A stretch of 64,000 bases of DNA, from NCBI GenBank assembly GCA_027491315.1, contig JAIXWL010000016.1, positions 73,454 through 137,453 of the forward strand. Reading direction: 5' to 3'. The stretch is from Cytophagaceae bacterium. GTDB lineage: Bacteria; Bacteroidota; Bacteroidia; Cytophagales; Spirosomataceae. Shown here in pieces: positions 18,695 through 29,484 of the stretch (positions within the stretch are counted from its first letter, which is position 1; the number at the start of each line of letters is the position of its first letter). Made by a program: the position numbers and the translations under genes. The notes beneath the pieces are model-generated. The model was not told the origin of the DNA, ran no database searches, and worked only from the letters and a program-made list of their open reading frames with translations.

Positions 18695-20311
18695 ATGAAA
18701 CGTTTTCTTCCATTCAAGCTATTTCTTTTTTCTAGCCTTCTAAGTATTCTTATTTTTCAAGCTAATGCCCAAGTTGGTAAAAGAATTGAGTTTCCAGTAG
18801 GAGGAAAGGACTTGGAATCTTTTACCATACCCATTGGTAATCAAGGAGTTATTATATTAAATCAGTTAGGTAAACAAGAGTTTAGTATACAAAAATTCTC
18901 CACTAATTTGGAACAAGTTTGGTATACCAATGGAACCATTGATAATGGCTTGGATTATGTTAACCATAGTTTCGATGGAAAATCACTTAACCTGCTTTTT
19001 AGTCGTTTTAAGAGTAATTCCTACCAAATTGTTCGTGTGAATGTATCCAAAGGTAGTTATGAGAAGTTTCAAATCTATTCCGTGGACCGCATGGAGATTT
19101 CTAACTTCAAAGCCCTGAATGAATCACTGTTCATTGGCGGTATCGTAAACAATCAGCCTGTCATTTTATTTACCAATTTAAAAGAAAGAAAAACGCGTAT
19201 ACTCCCAGCTGTGGTAAAAGGGCAAGCTGAAATTCAGTCCATGGATTTAGACTCCATACAACAACAAGTAAATGTTACGTACTCTGTTGGAAATAGAGCT
19301 AAAAATTATCAATTAATCATCAAATCTTTTGATGAAGATGGTGGACAAATCGGGCAAATCATCATGAATCCCAACGAGGAATTTGCTATGATGAATGCCA
19401 AATCAACACAGTTAAATGACTCATTACAAGTAATAGTAGGTACTTATGGCCATAAAACAACCATTGGCTCATCCAAAGGACCTAGTTCGCAAGGAATCTA
19501 TTTTAATTCATATTTGGATGGCGAATTACTGCAATCGAAATTTCATAGCTTCACCAAGTTTTCCAACTTTTTCAACTTTTTGACGCCAAAACAAAAGGAA
19601 AAACAAGAAAAGAAAATCAAGGATAAAGAAAGTAAAGGGGAAGATCTCCGATTGGATTATCGCTTATTAATTCATGAAATCATTAAAAAGGGCGACCATT
19701 ACATAGTGGTGGCAGAATCTTTTTACCCAGATTATAAATACAATAATTTCGGTCCATATGGCACCATGATGGGACTAGGAGGCTTTTATTCTCCTTGGAG
19801 CATGATCTATAATCCGTACCGTTGGGGTTATGGATATTATGGATTATACTCGCCTTATTCCAGCTATTACAGTCCATGGGGCTACCGTGGATTTAATTAT
19901 TATGGTAATCAACAACAATTTGATGGTTGGGTTTATACGCATGCTGTGATCGTTGAATTGGATGAGAAAGGTGATATTTTGTGGGATCACTGCATTGATA
20001 TGAAAGATTTAAAAGAACCAAAATTGATTCAAAAGATCAAAACCTCCATTCAAGGGGATCAAATCGTACTTTCATTTAATTTGGACAATCAAATTATCAC
20101 CAAGACAATTCGAAATCAAGGAAGGTCAGAAAGTGAGAGTATTCAAAACATTAGCACGGATAATGAAGGTGATAAAATCAGGAGAAGCAGTAGTTCTGAA
20201 TTAAATTATTGGTTTGGGCCATATTACCTAGCCAATGGTTATCAAACGATCTCCAATGAAGAAGGACGTAGGTCCGTATATTTTTTAAATAAGATAGAAA
20301 TCCAGAAATAA
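18695..20311 (+). CDS. Secreted hypothetical protein with an internal Tyr/Gly/Ser/Pro-rich low-complexity segment
   Basis: 538 aa with an ATG start and the signal peptide MKRFLPFKLFLFSSLLSILIFQANAQ. It is tightly packed in a plus-strand operon. I recognise no family. Confidence 0.6.
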   Translation: MKRFLPFKLFLFSSLLSILIFQANAQVGKRIEFPVGGKDLESFTIPIGNQGVIILNQLGKQEFSIQKFSTNLEQVWYTNGTIDNGLDYVNHSFDGKSLNLLFSRFKSNSYQIVRVNVSKGSYEKFQIYSVDRMEISNFKALNESLFIGGIVNNQPVILFTNLKERKTRILPAVVKGQAEIQSMDLDSIQQQVNVTYSVGNRAKNYQLIIKSFDEDGGQIGQIIMNPNEEFAMMNAKSTQLNDSLQVIVGTYGHKTTIGSSKGPSSQGIYFNSYLDGELLQSKFHSFTKFSNFFNFLTPKQKEKQEKKIKDKESKGEDLRLDYRLLIHEIIKKGDHYIVVAESFYPDYKYNNFGPYGTMMGLGGFYSPWSMIYNPYRWGYGYYGLYSPYSSYYSPWGYRGFNYYGNQQQFDGWVYTHAVIVELDEKGDILWDHCIDMKDLKEPKLIQKIKTSIQGDQIVLSFNLDNQIITKTIRNQGRSESESIQNISTDNEGDKIRRSSSSELNYWFGPYYLANGYQTISNEEGRRSVYFLNKIEIQK

Positions 20312-20313
20312 TT

Positions 20314-21219
20314 TTGAAGCAGTCCACATCCATTGCCATTGAAACTCCACAATTTTGGGGAGAAAATTATCAGTTAATCGACTCAGGTGGATTTGAAAAG
20401 CTGGAAAAATTTGGAGAATTTACCGTTAGAAGACCTGAACCTCAGGCTATTTGGGCAAAATCCCTCACTGAGAATGATTGGCAAAAATTAAGTCATGCTC
20501 ATTTCAAAAAAGAAAAAGGAAGTCAAGAACGTGGCCAATGGGAGATAAAAGGAAAAGTACCAGACAAATGGTTTATGCCTTATAAGTCAGAACGATTGAA
20601 TTTATCGTTTAAAATATCCTTATCCTCTTTTAAACATGTAGGATTATTTCCTGAACAAGCCTCCAACTGGGAGTTTTTAGCACAAAAAATTCCATTATTT
20701 AAAAAAACAAATCCTAAGTTCTTAAACCTATTTGCTTATACCGGCGGAGCGAGTTTAGTGTGCCGACAAATGGGAGCGGAAGTAACCCATGTAGATTCGG
20801 TAAAACCGGTTTTATCTTGGGCCAGGGAAAATATGGAAGTTTCCCAATTAGATGGCATTCGTTGGATGGCGGAAGATGCCTTAAAATTTGTCAAAAGAGA
20901 GGCTAGGAGAGGAAATTTCTATCAAGGTGTACTCTTAGACCCACCCGCCTATGGACGTGGCCCAGACGGTGAAAAATGGGTTTTGGAAGAACAAATAGAA
21001 GATTTATTATTATCTGTCAAGGAAATTTTAGATCCAGCTGAGCATCTCTTATTAAGTAATGTGTACTCGCTTGGATTTTCTACTTTGGTCGTAGAAAATC
21101 TCATGAATGGTATTTTTGATGTACCTTCTTCTGCTGAATCTGGAGAATTATATTTAAATGACAATAGCGATAAAAAGCTTCCATTAGGAGTTTTTCATCG
21201 CTATTATAATCGAGTATAA
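20314..21219 (+). CDS. Class I SAM-dependent methyltransferase (RlmI/RlmK-like catalytic domain)
   Basis: 301 aa with a TTG start and no nearby ATG. LNLFAYTGGASL (SAM-binding glycine-rich loop) and VLLDPPAYGRG (the DPP motif of the N/C5-MTase clan) are present. Confidence 0.7.
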   Translation: MKQSTSIAIETPQFWGENYQLIDSGGFEKLEKFGEFTVRRPEPQAIWAKSLTENDWQKLSHAHFKKEKGSQERGQWEIKGKVPDKWFMPYKSERLNLSFKISLSSFKHVGLFPEQASNWEFLAQKIPLFKKTNPKFLNLFAYTGGASLVCRQMGAEVTHVDSVKPVLSWARENMEVSQLDGIRWMAEDALKFVKREARRGNFYQGVLLDPPAYGRGPDGEKWVLEEQIEDLLLSVKEILDPAEHLLLSNVYSLGFSTLVVENLMNGIFDVPSSAESGELYLNDNSDKKLPLGVFHRYYNRV

Positions 21220-21225
21220 AGAAGA

Positions 21226-22116
21226 TTAATTTTTAGGATATATCGTTCCTTTAGCTGCCAGCAAAGTGTTTTTCATCAATGAGACGATGGTCATAGGACC
21301 CACTCCTTTGGGTACTGGGGTGATATAAGAACATTTAGGGGCAACATCGGCAAAATCGACATCTCCTTTCAATGCAAAGCCAGATTTTTTGCTTGGATCC
21401 TCTACACGCGTTAAGCCTACATCGATGACCACAGCACCTTCTTTGATGTGAGCGGCTTTGATAAATTCAGGCTTTCCTAAAGCAGCAATCACAATATCCC
21501 CTTGAGCACAAATTTCTTCTAAATTTGGAGTTCTTGAGTGTGTCAAGGTCACGGTACAATTCCCCTGAGGATGATTTCTTTGCATTAAAATCGACATAGG
21601 TAAACCTACTATTTGACTTCTTCCAACCACCACACAATGCTTTCCTGAAGTTTGAATATTGTAATAAGCTAATAAGTCCAATACCCCCTGAGGCGTGGCA
21701 GAAATATAGGCTGGTAAACCTTTGGCCATTCGCCCGATATTGATTGGATGAAAACCATCAACATCTTTTGAAGGATGTATGGTCTCCATGACTTTGTCCG
21801 GATTAATATGATCTGGTAATGGAAGTTGAACAATCAGTCCATCCATGTCAGGATTATCATTTACGCCTTGAACGGCGGCCAATAATTCAGCTTCAGTGAT
21901 CGTCGGGTCAAATCTTAAAAGGGTAGAAGTGAAACCTAATTCTTCGCATGACTTAACTTTATTAGCTACGTAAGTTTCGGATGCACCATTGTTACCCACT
22001 AAAATGGCAACTAAATGAGGCGCTCTTTGGCCGGCTGCTACTAATTCTTGTACTTCTTTAGCAATCGAGGCCTTCATTGTCTCAGAAACAAATTTGCCAT
22101 CAATAATTTGACTCAT
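21226..22116 (-). CDS. folD: Bifunctional methylenetetrahydrofolate dehydrogenase/cyclohydrolase
   Basis: 296 aa with [27 protein letters not shown] and [12 protein letters not shown]. Confidence 0.95.
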   Translation of the reverse strand: MSQIIDGKFVSETMKASIAKEVQELVAAGQRAPHLVAILVGNNGASETYVANKVKSCEELGFTSTLLRFDPTITEAELLAAVQGVNDNPDMDGLIVQLPLPDHINPDKVMETIHPSKDVDGFHPINIGRMAKGLPAYISATPQGVLDLLAYYNIQTSGKHCVVVGRSQIVGLPMSILMQRNHPQGNCTVTLTHSRTPNLEEICAQGDIVIAALGKPEFIKAAHIKEGAVVIDVGLTRVEDPSKKSGFALKGDVDFADVAPKCSYITPVPKGVGPMTIVSLMKNTLLAAKGTIYPKN

Positions 22117-22138
22117 ACCCTTTAATTAAATGTTATTA

Positions 22139-24628
22139 CTACTTTTTTCTAGCTTTTTTGGGAGCTGGTGCTTGTTCTCCTAGCTCTAAACATTGTTCCA
22201 ATGTTAATTCTGCAGGATTCTGATCTTTAGGGATCTTGACATTACGTTTACCAATTTGAATATATGGACCATACATGCCATTAACGATCTTAACCTGGTC
22301 ATTTTCAGCAAATTCTTTAATGAATTTATTTGCCTCTAAATTTCGCTTAGCCAAAATAATTTCAATCGCTCTTTCGGATGTTAAACTGGCCAAATTATCC
22401 GTTTTACCCAAGGAAAAGTATTTACCAGCATGTTTTACGTAAGGACCAAATCTTCCTTTTCCAGTGGAGATTAATTCATTTTCAAAAGTACCCAAACTTT
22501 CTGCTTCGGCTACTTTTTGAGCAGATTCTAATACACGAATGGCCCCTGGCATATCCAAAGTAAATGGATCTTCTGTATCAGGTAAACTCGTAAATTTACC
22601 ATCATACTTGATGTATGGACCTAATTTTCCGGCACCAATAATCAAAGGTTTATCTTCATAAATCCCTACTTCACGAGGTAACTTCGGACGCTCTAATAAT
22701 GCAATGGCCTCTTCTAAAGTTAGGTTGCTGATGGACTGATCTTTGGAAAGATTCGCAAAAACAGGTTTTTCCTCCTCACCAGATTCTCCCAGTTGAACGA
22801 ATGGCCCGAATTTGCCCAATCGAACGGAAATTTTCTTTCCAGAAGTAGGATCAACTCCCAATTCTCTTCCTCCACCTACGGAACTACGAGAAATCGATTT
22901 GCTATCTTCAATGGTCTGGTGAAAAGAACCATAAAAGTTTTTCATCAATTGCGTCCAAGCTAATTTACCTTTGGCGACATTATCAAACTCATCTTCCATT
23001 TCAGCCGTGAAGGTATAATCTACTACTTCTTCGAAATTCTCGACTAAAAAATCGGTAACCAAGGTACCTATATGAGTTGGAAATAATTTAGCTTTTTCTG
23101 TACCTACTATTTCAGTATTCTTTTGACCAACAATCTCCTGATCCTTTAAAATCCACGTTTGAAACTCCCTTTCTTTACCAGGACGATCTTCCTTTACCAC
23201 GTAGGCTCTTTTGATAATAGTAGAAATGGTAGGTGCATATGTAGAAGGGCGACCTATTCCTTTTTCTTCCAAGGCTTTTACTAAACTAGCCTCTGTATAG
23301 CGAGCAGCTGGCCTAGAAAAACGTTCTTGTGCTTTTAGTTCAGCCAAATCAAGTACCTGTCCGATGGATAAGGGAGGTAACATATCTTTGTTTTCATCCT
23401 CCTCTTCCTCATCTTTTCCTTCCAAATAAGCTTTTAAGAACCCTTCAAAAGTAACTACTTCACCTTGAGCAATTAATAATTCAGAAGTACTAGAAATTTG
23501 AATTTGGGCCGTCGTACGTTCAATAACAGCCTCCGACATCTGAGAAGCTATGGCACGCTTCCAAATCAATTCATACAAACGTTTTTCACGTGCATCACCA
23601 GAAATGGAATTTACTTCAAAGTCTGTTGGACGAATGGCTTCGTGGGCCTCTTGTGCGCTTTCACTCTTGGTTTTAAACTGACGAGCATGGTGAAATTTAG
23701 CTCCATAAGCCGCCTCAATGGCAGCCTTAGCTTTATCTCTTGCTTCTTGGGATAACATAGTTGAGTCAGTACGCATGTAAGAAATACGTCCCGATTCATA
23801 TAATTTTTGAGCAATTTGCATGGTAGTAGCCACGGAATAGCCCAACTTTCTAGATGCTTCTTGCTGTAAGGTTGATGTCGTAAAAGGTGGCGCTGGTGAT
23901 TTTTTAGCGGGTTTAGTTTCTAAACTCTTGATGCTAAAATCAGCCCCCACACATTTCTTCAAAAAGGCCACGGCCTCTTCTTCTGTGTTAAAATTCTTAG
24001 GTAATTCAGCTTTTAACACTTTTTTACCTGGCAAATTAAAAATGGCTGAAATCTTATAGGTCCCTACACTTTCATGCTTCTCGATTTCTTTTTCTCTTTC
24101 TACAATCAGTCGAACCGCCACAGACTGAACACGTCCGGCAGAAAGTCCTTTTTGAACCTTAGACCAAAGAACAGGAGATAGCTCAAATCCAATTAATCGA
24201 TCCATGATTCGGCGAGCCTGCTGGGCATTCACCAAATCCATATCTATCTTACGAGGAGCTAAAATGGCGTTTTGGATAGCCGATTTCGTTATCTCTCTAA
24301 AAACAATTCTTTTGGTGTCGTCTTTTAGACCTAATGCCTCTTTTAAATGCCATGAAATGGATTCTCCCTCACGGTCGTCGTCAGTCGCTAACCAAACTTC
24401 CTCAGATGATTTAGCTAAACTCTTCAATTCCGAAATCACCTTAGTTTTATCGGGTGAAATCACATAGGTTGGCGTAAAATCATGCTCAATATCAATTGCC
24501 TTATCACCCTTGATTGGGAGATCTCTCACGTGACCAAACGAAGATTTCACCACAAAATCTTTACCCAAATACCCTTCGATGGTTTTAGCTTTTGCAGGCG
24601 ACTCCACGATGACCAAATTTTTTGCCAT
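22139..24628 (-). CDS. topA: DNA topoisomerase I (type IA)
   Basis: 829 aa with the Toprim N-terminus LVIVESPAKAKTI and the active-site Tyr context ISYMRTDS. The C-terminus has four GxxGPYxxxG repeats without Cys, then a Lys-rich tail. Confidence 0.96.
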   Translation of the reverse strand: MAKNLVIVESPAKAKTIEGYLGKDFVVKSSFGHVRDLPIKGDKAIDIEHDFTPTYVISPDKTKVISELKSLAKSSEEVWLATDDDREGESISWHLKEALGLKDDTKRIVFREITKSAIQNAILAPRKIDMDLVNAQQARRIMDRLIGFELSPVLWSKVQKGLSAGRVQSVAVRLIVEREKEIEKHESVGTYKISAIFNLPGKKVLKAELPKNFNTEEEAVAFLKKCVGADFSIKSLETKPAKKSPAPPFTTSTLQQEASRKLGYSVATTMQIAQKLYESGRISYMRTDSTMLSQEARDKAKAAIEAAYGAKFHHARQFKTKSESAQEAHEAIRPTDFEVNSISGDAREKRLYELIWKRAIASQMSEAVIERTTAQIQISSTSELLIAQGEVVTFEGFLKAYLEGKDEEEEDENKDMLPPLSIGQVLDLAELKAQERFSRPAARYTEASLVKALEEKGIGRPSTYAPTISTIIKRAYVVKEDRPGKEREFQTWILKDQEIVGQKNTEIVGTEKAKLFPTHIGTLVTDFLVENFEEVVDYTFTAEMEDEFDNVAKGKLAWTQLMKNFYGSFHQTIEDSKSISRSSVGGGRELGVDPTSGKKISVRLGKFGPFVQLGESGEEEKPVFANLSKDQSISNLTLEEAIALLERPKLPREVGIYEDKPLIIGAGKLGPYIKYDGKFTSLPDTEDPFTLDMPGAIRVLESAQKVAEAESLGTFENELISTGKGRFGPYVKHAGKYFSLGKTDNLASLTSERAIEIILAKRNLEANKFIKEFAENDQVKIVNGMYGPYIQIGKRNVKIPKDQNPAELTLEQCLELGEQAPAPKKARKK

Positions 24629-24736
24629 TCTATTAAATTGAATTATGTATACTAAAAAATGACCTCAAATATACTTGCTTAAAATGAATTTCTAGCGAAT
24701 GATTTTGAAGCAATGAAAAAAAATCTATTAGTTCAA

Positions 24737-27040
24737 TCAATCTGGGATGTTTCCAATCCGAATTCTTGAATTAAGATTTAATCGTAAACCTACGTAATTG
24801 AATTTCCCATTGATGAAACTAGCAATCGCCTCCAATCGGAAAATTTTAACTAGACCATCTAAACCGTAACCTACTTCTGAATATAAAAGTTTTTGATTAT
24901 TGATAAACACGGTATTGGCGATTAAAACTTCTTTTACATAGGACTTTTTCATACCCAACAAGGGCTTTAACCAAAGATTTGAAAATTGGAATAAGGATAA
25001 TCCTTCCACATATGAACCCGCAGTGCTGTAGGCATAATGATTCACGTTCAAACGCTGATTCGCTCCTGCAGTAAAATTTTGATAATAACCCACTAAACGA
25101 TGGGAGGCCAACATTTCTCCTGCCAGAACTAAATTCATGGTACCATTATAATGCTTAAAATCAATAAAATTTTCTGGAGCTTGTCCAAGAAATGTACCCG
25201 CATTGATAATAAAGCCAGATTTTATCCAAGGAGAGAGCGCTAAATTTTGTAAGTAGGAAACTTCTAACATATTAAATTGAGCTGATGATTCGGCTATTCC
25301 TTTCCAGCCTGCCCGGTATTTAAATAGAATTAAAGGTGAAGATCCCCATTCACTTTCACGAATATGATTTCGATAATATTGAGATAAAAAAGGTCTAAAA
25401 CCCAAGGTAACTTGACTTATAAATGCCTTATAAGTTGAGAAACCTTCTTGTGGATATTCCGAATTTTGAGGATTATTCGTTGTGAATTTTCGATTCAAAT
25501 AATTGAACCAATAGTAGTCAGTCGTATTATCCATTTGGCTTCTACGTGCCCATTCAACACTTCCTTTAAAAAAGAATTTAGAGGAAAAACGCTTTATCAA
25601 GGCTAAATTCCAAAACTCCTTACGGTAGATTTTCATTTGATTGTTTTTCAACAAAAGCGTTGACAGCGTATTCATTTCAGGAGAAATTGAATTATCTGGA
25701 TTCATTTGTTGAACAAAATCCCCCTGAGAAATGGATATATCAAAAGAATCTGTCTTGTACCTTAATTTCACATAGCCTGTATTTCGATTCAAACCAAAGG
25801 AACGTCTTCCTAAAAATTCAGCTTCCAAAAATTGATAACGGGCCCATCTTTTTCGAAACAAAAGACTAGCATTTGCCACAAAACCTTCTGCCGTATTGAA
25901 ATTTGAATCAAATACAGGCGATTTATAATAGATTTCAAAAGGATAAAAATCTTTTTGTCTAGATCCGAAATAAAAGGACTTTGAAAAAATTAATTGATTT
26001 AAAGAAAAAGGACTTCTTCGTAGGGTATCGATGGAGGCCTCCAGGAGATTGGAGCTCATAGATCCTTGAAAAAATTGGTCATCCTGCGTATTATGTTGGA
26101 CTTCTTCACGCTTCTCATAACGAACGGAATCCATGGTAATGAGCCCACTTTGAGGGCGCGACTTCCATTTTCTCAATAGGGATTGATGAAAATTTCCTAA
26201 TAATTGGGTGGCAAAAACTTCATCAAAACCTATTTCTGCGAAATTTAATCGCTCATTTATCTGATTCGGAACCTGAAAGTTAGCATCAGCTTTCCAGCTT
26301 TGAGGAGCTTGCTGCACTTCCTCTTGTAAAATAAACTCACCGTAATTACCCATTAGCCCACCCGATAGCTTAAAGTATGCGGCCTTGGGTAACCAAGCCT
26401 GGTTTACCCATTGATGCTGCAAATCCATGTAGTAGAATATGGCATCAGATTCTACTTGAGCTTCCCATCGAATGATCCAGCCTGAATGATTTAGAGTCAA
26501 TTTACCACTAAATAATCGATCTCCCGTGGAGGTAGGTTTGACTTGAAATTGATAACCTTTTTGTCCGTCCACTAAAGTATCACCCGAATATTCATAAGAA
26601 TAATAATCTCGTCCTTGGTAATTTAAAGGTGATACACAATTGGTTCCAATAAAATCCTGGTAGAAATCAGGCCAGAAAAATAAGGTAGGCCTTGGATATT
26701 TTTTATGGAAACCTTTGACATCAATGATTTCATGAATCATTTGATTCAAGCTTTTGACATATACTTTAACATGCGTCTGATTTCCGTACCATTGACCTTC
26801 TTGTATACCTTCATTTCTTTTAAGTCGATTTTTAGCTAAACCAATCACCTGATTAAAGCGACCTTTTTCTTTGGTGATGACCTCGGCTGAAAATTGACCC
26901 ATCAATGAACTATGCTGAGGAGCTAATTCCATGGTCTTGTTAATCAAGGAATCCATCGAACTGCTTTTTTGACCGAAAGCGAGGTAGCAGGCGGAAAAAT
27001 ACAGGAAAAAAGAAAAAGAAGAAATCAGTTTAAATCTCAA
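24737..27040 (-). CDS. Large putative outer-membrane protein, paralogue of 33737-36325 (DUF5686-like)
   Basis: 767 aa. A TTG start gives a good signal peptide (MRFKLISSFSFFLYFSACYLAFGQ). It shares blocks with the 862-aa ORF (FNTAEGF vs FNAVDGF; YSEVGYGLDGLVKIFRLEA vs YQELVYGISGIGKFLGLELA). Confidence 0.6.
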   Translation of the reverse strand: MRFKLISSFSFFLYFSACYLAFGQKSSSMDSLINKTMELAPQHSSLMGQFSAEVITKEKGRFNQVIGLAKNRLKRNEGIQEGQWYGNQTHVKVYVKSLNQMIHEIIDVKGFHKKYPRPTLFFWPDFYQDFIGTNCVSPLNYQGRDYYSYEYSGDTLVDGQKGYQFQVKPTSTGDRLFSGKLTLNHSGWIIRWEAQVESDAIFYYMDLQHQWVNQAWLPKAAYFKLSGGLMGNYGEFILQEEVQQAPQSWKADANFQVPNQINERLNFAEIGFDEVFATQLLGNFHQSLLRKWKSRPQSGLITMDSVRYEKREEVQHNTQDDQFFQGSMSSNLLEASIDTLRRSPFSLNQLIFSKSFYFGSRQKDFYPFEIYYKSPVFDSNFNTAEGFVANASLLFRKRWARYQFLEAEFLGRRSFGLNRNTGYVKLRYKTDSFDISISQGDFVQQMNPDNSISPEMNTLSTLLLKNNQMKIYRKEFWNLALIKRFSSKFFFKGSVEWARRSQMDNTTDYYWFNYLNRKFTTNNPQNSEYPQEGFSTYKAFISQVTLGFRPFLSQYYRNHIRESEWGSSPLILFKYRAGWKGIAESSAQFNMLEVSYLQNLALSPWIKSGFIINAGTFLGQAPENFIDFKHYNGTMNLVLAGEMLASHRLVGYYQNFTAGANQRLNVNHYAYSTAGSYVEGLSLFQFSNLWLKPLLGMKKSYVKEVLIANTVFINNQKLLYSEVGYGLDGLVKIFRLEAIASFINGKFNYVGLRLNLNSRIRIGNIPD

Positions 27041-27201
27041 TTCGGGCCAATCAAGGTTAAAAAATTACTTGGTAAAAAGTCAATTAAAATGTAAAATTCA
27101 CAAAAAACTGCTTTAAAGGAAATGATATTTACAAAAAGTGGCAAAAAGGTGGCAGTAATCTATTAATTTTACGAACAATTTATTAAAACCAACATTGACT
27201 C

Positions 27202-29466
27202 ATGGCCTTTGATATTGAAATGATTAAAGCTGTCTATGATCGCATGCCGGCTAGAATTGCCGCAGCACGTGCATTGACAGGAAAACCGCTTACTTTAACG
27301 GAAAAAATACTTTATAGTCACTTGTGGGAAGGAACACCTTCTAGCACATTTACTCGAGGAGGTTCTTACGTAGACTTTGCTCCAGATCGTGTTGCAATGC
27401 AAGATGCAACGGCTCAAATGGCCCTTTTGCAATTTATGCAAGCAGGACGTCCGCAAGTTGCCGTTCCTTCAACCGTACATTGTGACCACTTAATTGAAGC
27501 TAAAGTAGCTTCTTCTACCGACTTAAAAGTGGCAGTTGACAAGAATAAAGAAGTTTATGATTTCTTATCATCTGTTTCAGATAAATATGGTATTGGATTC
27601 TGGAAACCAGGAGCTGGTATCATTCACCAAGTTGTTTTAGAGAACTATGCCTTCCCAGGTGGAATGATGATTGGTACTGACTCACACACAGTAAATGCTG
27701 GTGGATTAGGTATGATCGCTATTGGTGTTGGTGGTGCTGATGCATGTGATGTCATGGCAGGTTTAGCTTGGGAGTTAAAATTCCCTAAGTTGATTGGAGT
27801 TAAATTAACAGGAAAATTAAATGGATGGACATCCGCTAAAGATGTTATCTTAAAAGTAGCAGGTATTCTAACGGTAAAAGGTGGAACAGGCTGTGTGGTA
27901 GAATATTTTGGAGAAGGTGCTACTTCCATGTCTTGCACAGGAAAAGGAACCATTTGTAACATGGGAGCGGAGATTGGTGCTACTACTTCCACTTTTGGTT
28001 ATGATGACTCCATGGCTCGTTATTTAGAGTCAACAGGAAGAGCGGATGTTGCAGCCTTAGCCAATGGTATTCGTGAACACTTAACAGCTGATCCGGAAGT
28101 ATATGCAAATCCTGAAGCCTATTTTGATCAAGTTATTGAAATTGATTTAGATACTTTAGAGCCACATGTAAATGGTCCATTTACTCCAGATTTGGCTACA
28201 CCTATTTCTAAATTAAAAGAATTAGCCATTAAAAATAACTGGCCTACAAAAGTAGAAGTTGGTTTGATAGGTTCTTGTACCAACTCTTCTTATGAAGATA
28301 TTGCCCGTGCAGCTTCTCTAGCGAAACAAGTAGCAGCTAAAGGTTTAAAAACAAAAGCCCAATTCACAATTACCCCAGGTTCTGAGCAAGTACGTTACAC
28401 CATTGAAAGAGATGGTTTTATCTCAACCTTTGATTCTATTGGAGCAACTGTATTTTCCAATGCTTGCGGACCTTGTATTGGTCAATGGGCTCGCCCAGGT
28501 GCTGAAAAAGGAGAGAAGAACACCATCGTTCACTCATTTAACAGAAACTTTGCCAAGCGTGCTGACGGAAACCCGAATACCTATGCTTTTGTGGCATCAC
28601 CTGAAATTGTAACGGCTTTGGCCATTGCTGGTGATTTAACGTTTAATCCTTTAACTGACACCTTAACTAACGAAAAAGGAGAGCAGGTGAAATTAGAGGC
28701 ACCGACAGGTGATGAGTTACCGAAATTAGGTTTTGCTGTAGAAGATGCAGGATATCAAGCTCCTGCAGCGGATGGTTCAGGTGTTCAAGTAAAAGTTTCG
28801 CCTACATCTGACCGTTTACAATTATTGGCTCCATTCTCAGCTTGGGAAGGAACCGATTTGAAAGGATTGAAATTATTGATTAAAGCTAAAGGAAAGTGTA
28901 CTACTGACCATATCTCTATGGCTGGACCTTGGTTGAAATACCGTGGACACTTAGACAATATTTCTAACAACATGTTGATCGGCGCTGTGAATTTCTTCAA
29001 TGAAAAAACAGACAATGTGAAAAACCAATTAACAGGAGCATATGGTGCTGTACCTGATACTCAACGTGCTTATAAAGCGGCAGGAATTGGAACAATCGTA
29101 GTAGGAGATACCAATTACGGAGAAGGTTCTTCTCGTGAACATGCAGCTATGGAACCGCGTCATTTGGGAGTTCGTGCTGTATTGGTAAAATCCTTTGCGC
29201 GTATTCACGAAACCAATTTGAAGAAGCAAGGTATGTTGGCTTTAACTTTCGCTAATGAAGCTGATTACGACAAAATTCAAGAAGATGATAGCATTAATAT
29301 CATTGGTTTGAATGAATTTGCTCCAGAAAAATCATTAACGATTGAATTAGTACATGCTGATGGAAGCAAGGATAGTTTCCCAGTAAATCATACGTACAAT
29401 GCTCAACAAATCGAATGGTTTAAAGCGGGAGGAGCATTGAATATCATTCGTGCTTCGATTAAATAA
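27202..29466 (+). CDS. acn: Aconitate hydratase, mitochondrial-type (about 750 aa)
   Basis: 754 aa with the Fe-S ligand contexts [18 protein letters not shown] and ACGPCIGQW. Domain order and length match mitochondrial-type aconitase and not the ~900-aa AcnA/IRP type. Confidence 0.93.
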   Translation: MAFDIEMIKAVYDRMPARIAAARALTGKPLTLTEKILYSHLWEGTPSSTFTRGGSYVDFAPDRVAMQDATAQMALLQFMQAGRPQVAVPSTVHCDHLIEAKVASSTDLKVAVDKNKEVYDFLSSVSDKYGIGFWKPGAGIIHQVVLENYAFPGGMMIGTDSHTVNAGGLGMIAIGVGGADACDVMAGLAWELKFPKLIGVKLTGKLNGWTSAKDVILKVAGILTVKGGTGCVVEYFGEGATSMSCTGKGTICNMGAEIGATTSTFGYDDSMARYLESTGRADVAALANGIREHLTADPEVYANPEAYFDQVIEIDLDTLEPHVNGPFTPDLATPISKLKELAIKNNWPTKVEVGLIGSCTNSSYEDIARAASLAKQVAAKGLKTKAQFTITPGSEQVRYTIERDGFISTFDSIGATVFSNACGPCIGQWARPGAEKGEKNTIVHSFNRNFAKRADGNPNTYAFVASPEIVTALAIAGDLTFNPLTDTLTNEKGEQVKLEAPTGDELPKLGFAVEDAGYQAPAADGSGVQVKVSPTSDRLQLLAPFSAWEGTDLKGLKLLIKAKGKCTTDHISMAGPWLKYRGHLDNISNNMLIGAVNFFNEKTDNVKNQLTGAYGAVPDTQRAYKAAGIGTIVVGDTNYGEGSSREHAAMEPRHLGVRAVLVKSFARIHETNLKKQGMLALTFANEADYDKIQEDDSINIIGLNEFAPEKSLTIELVHADGSKDSFPVNHTYNAQQIEWFKAGGALNIIRASIK

Positions 29467-29484
29467 AGTATAAAATTGTAAAAG

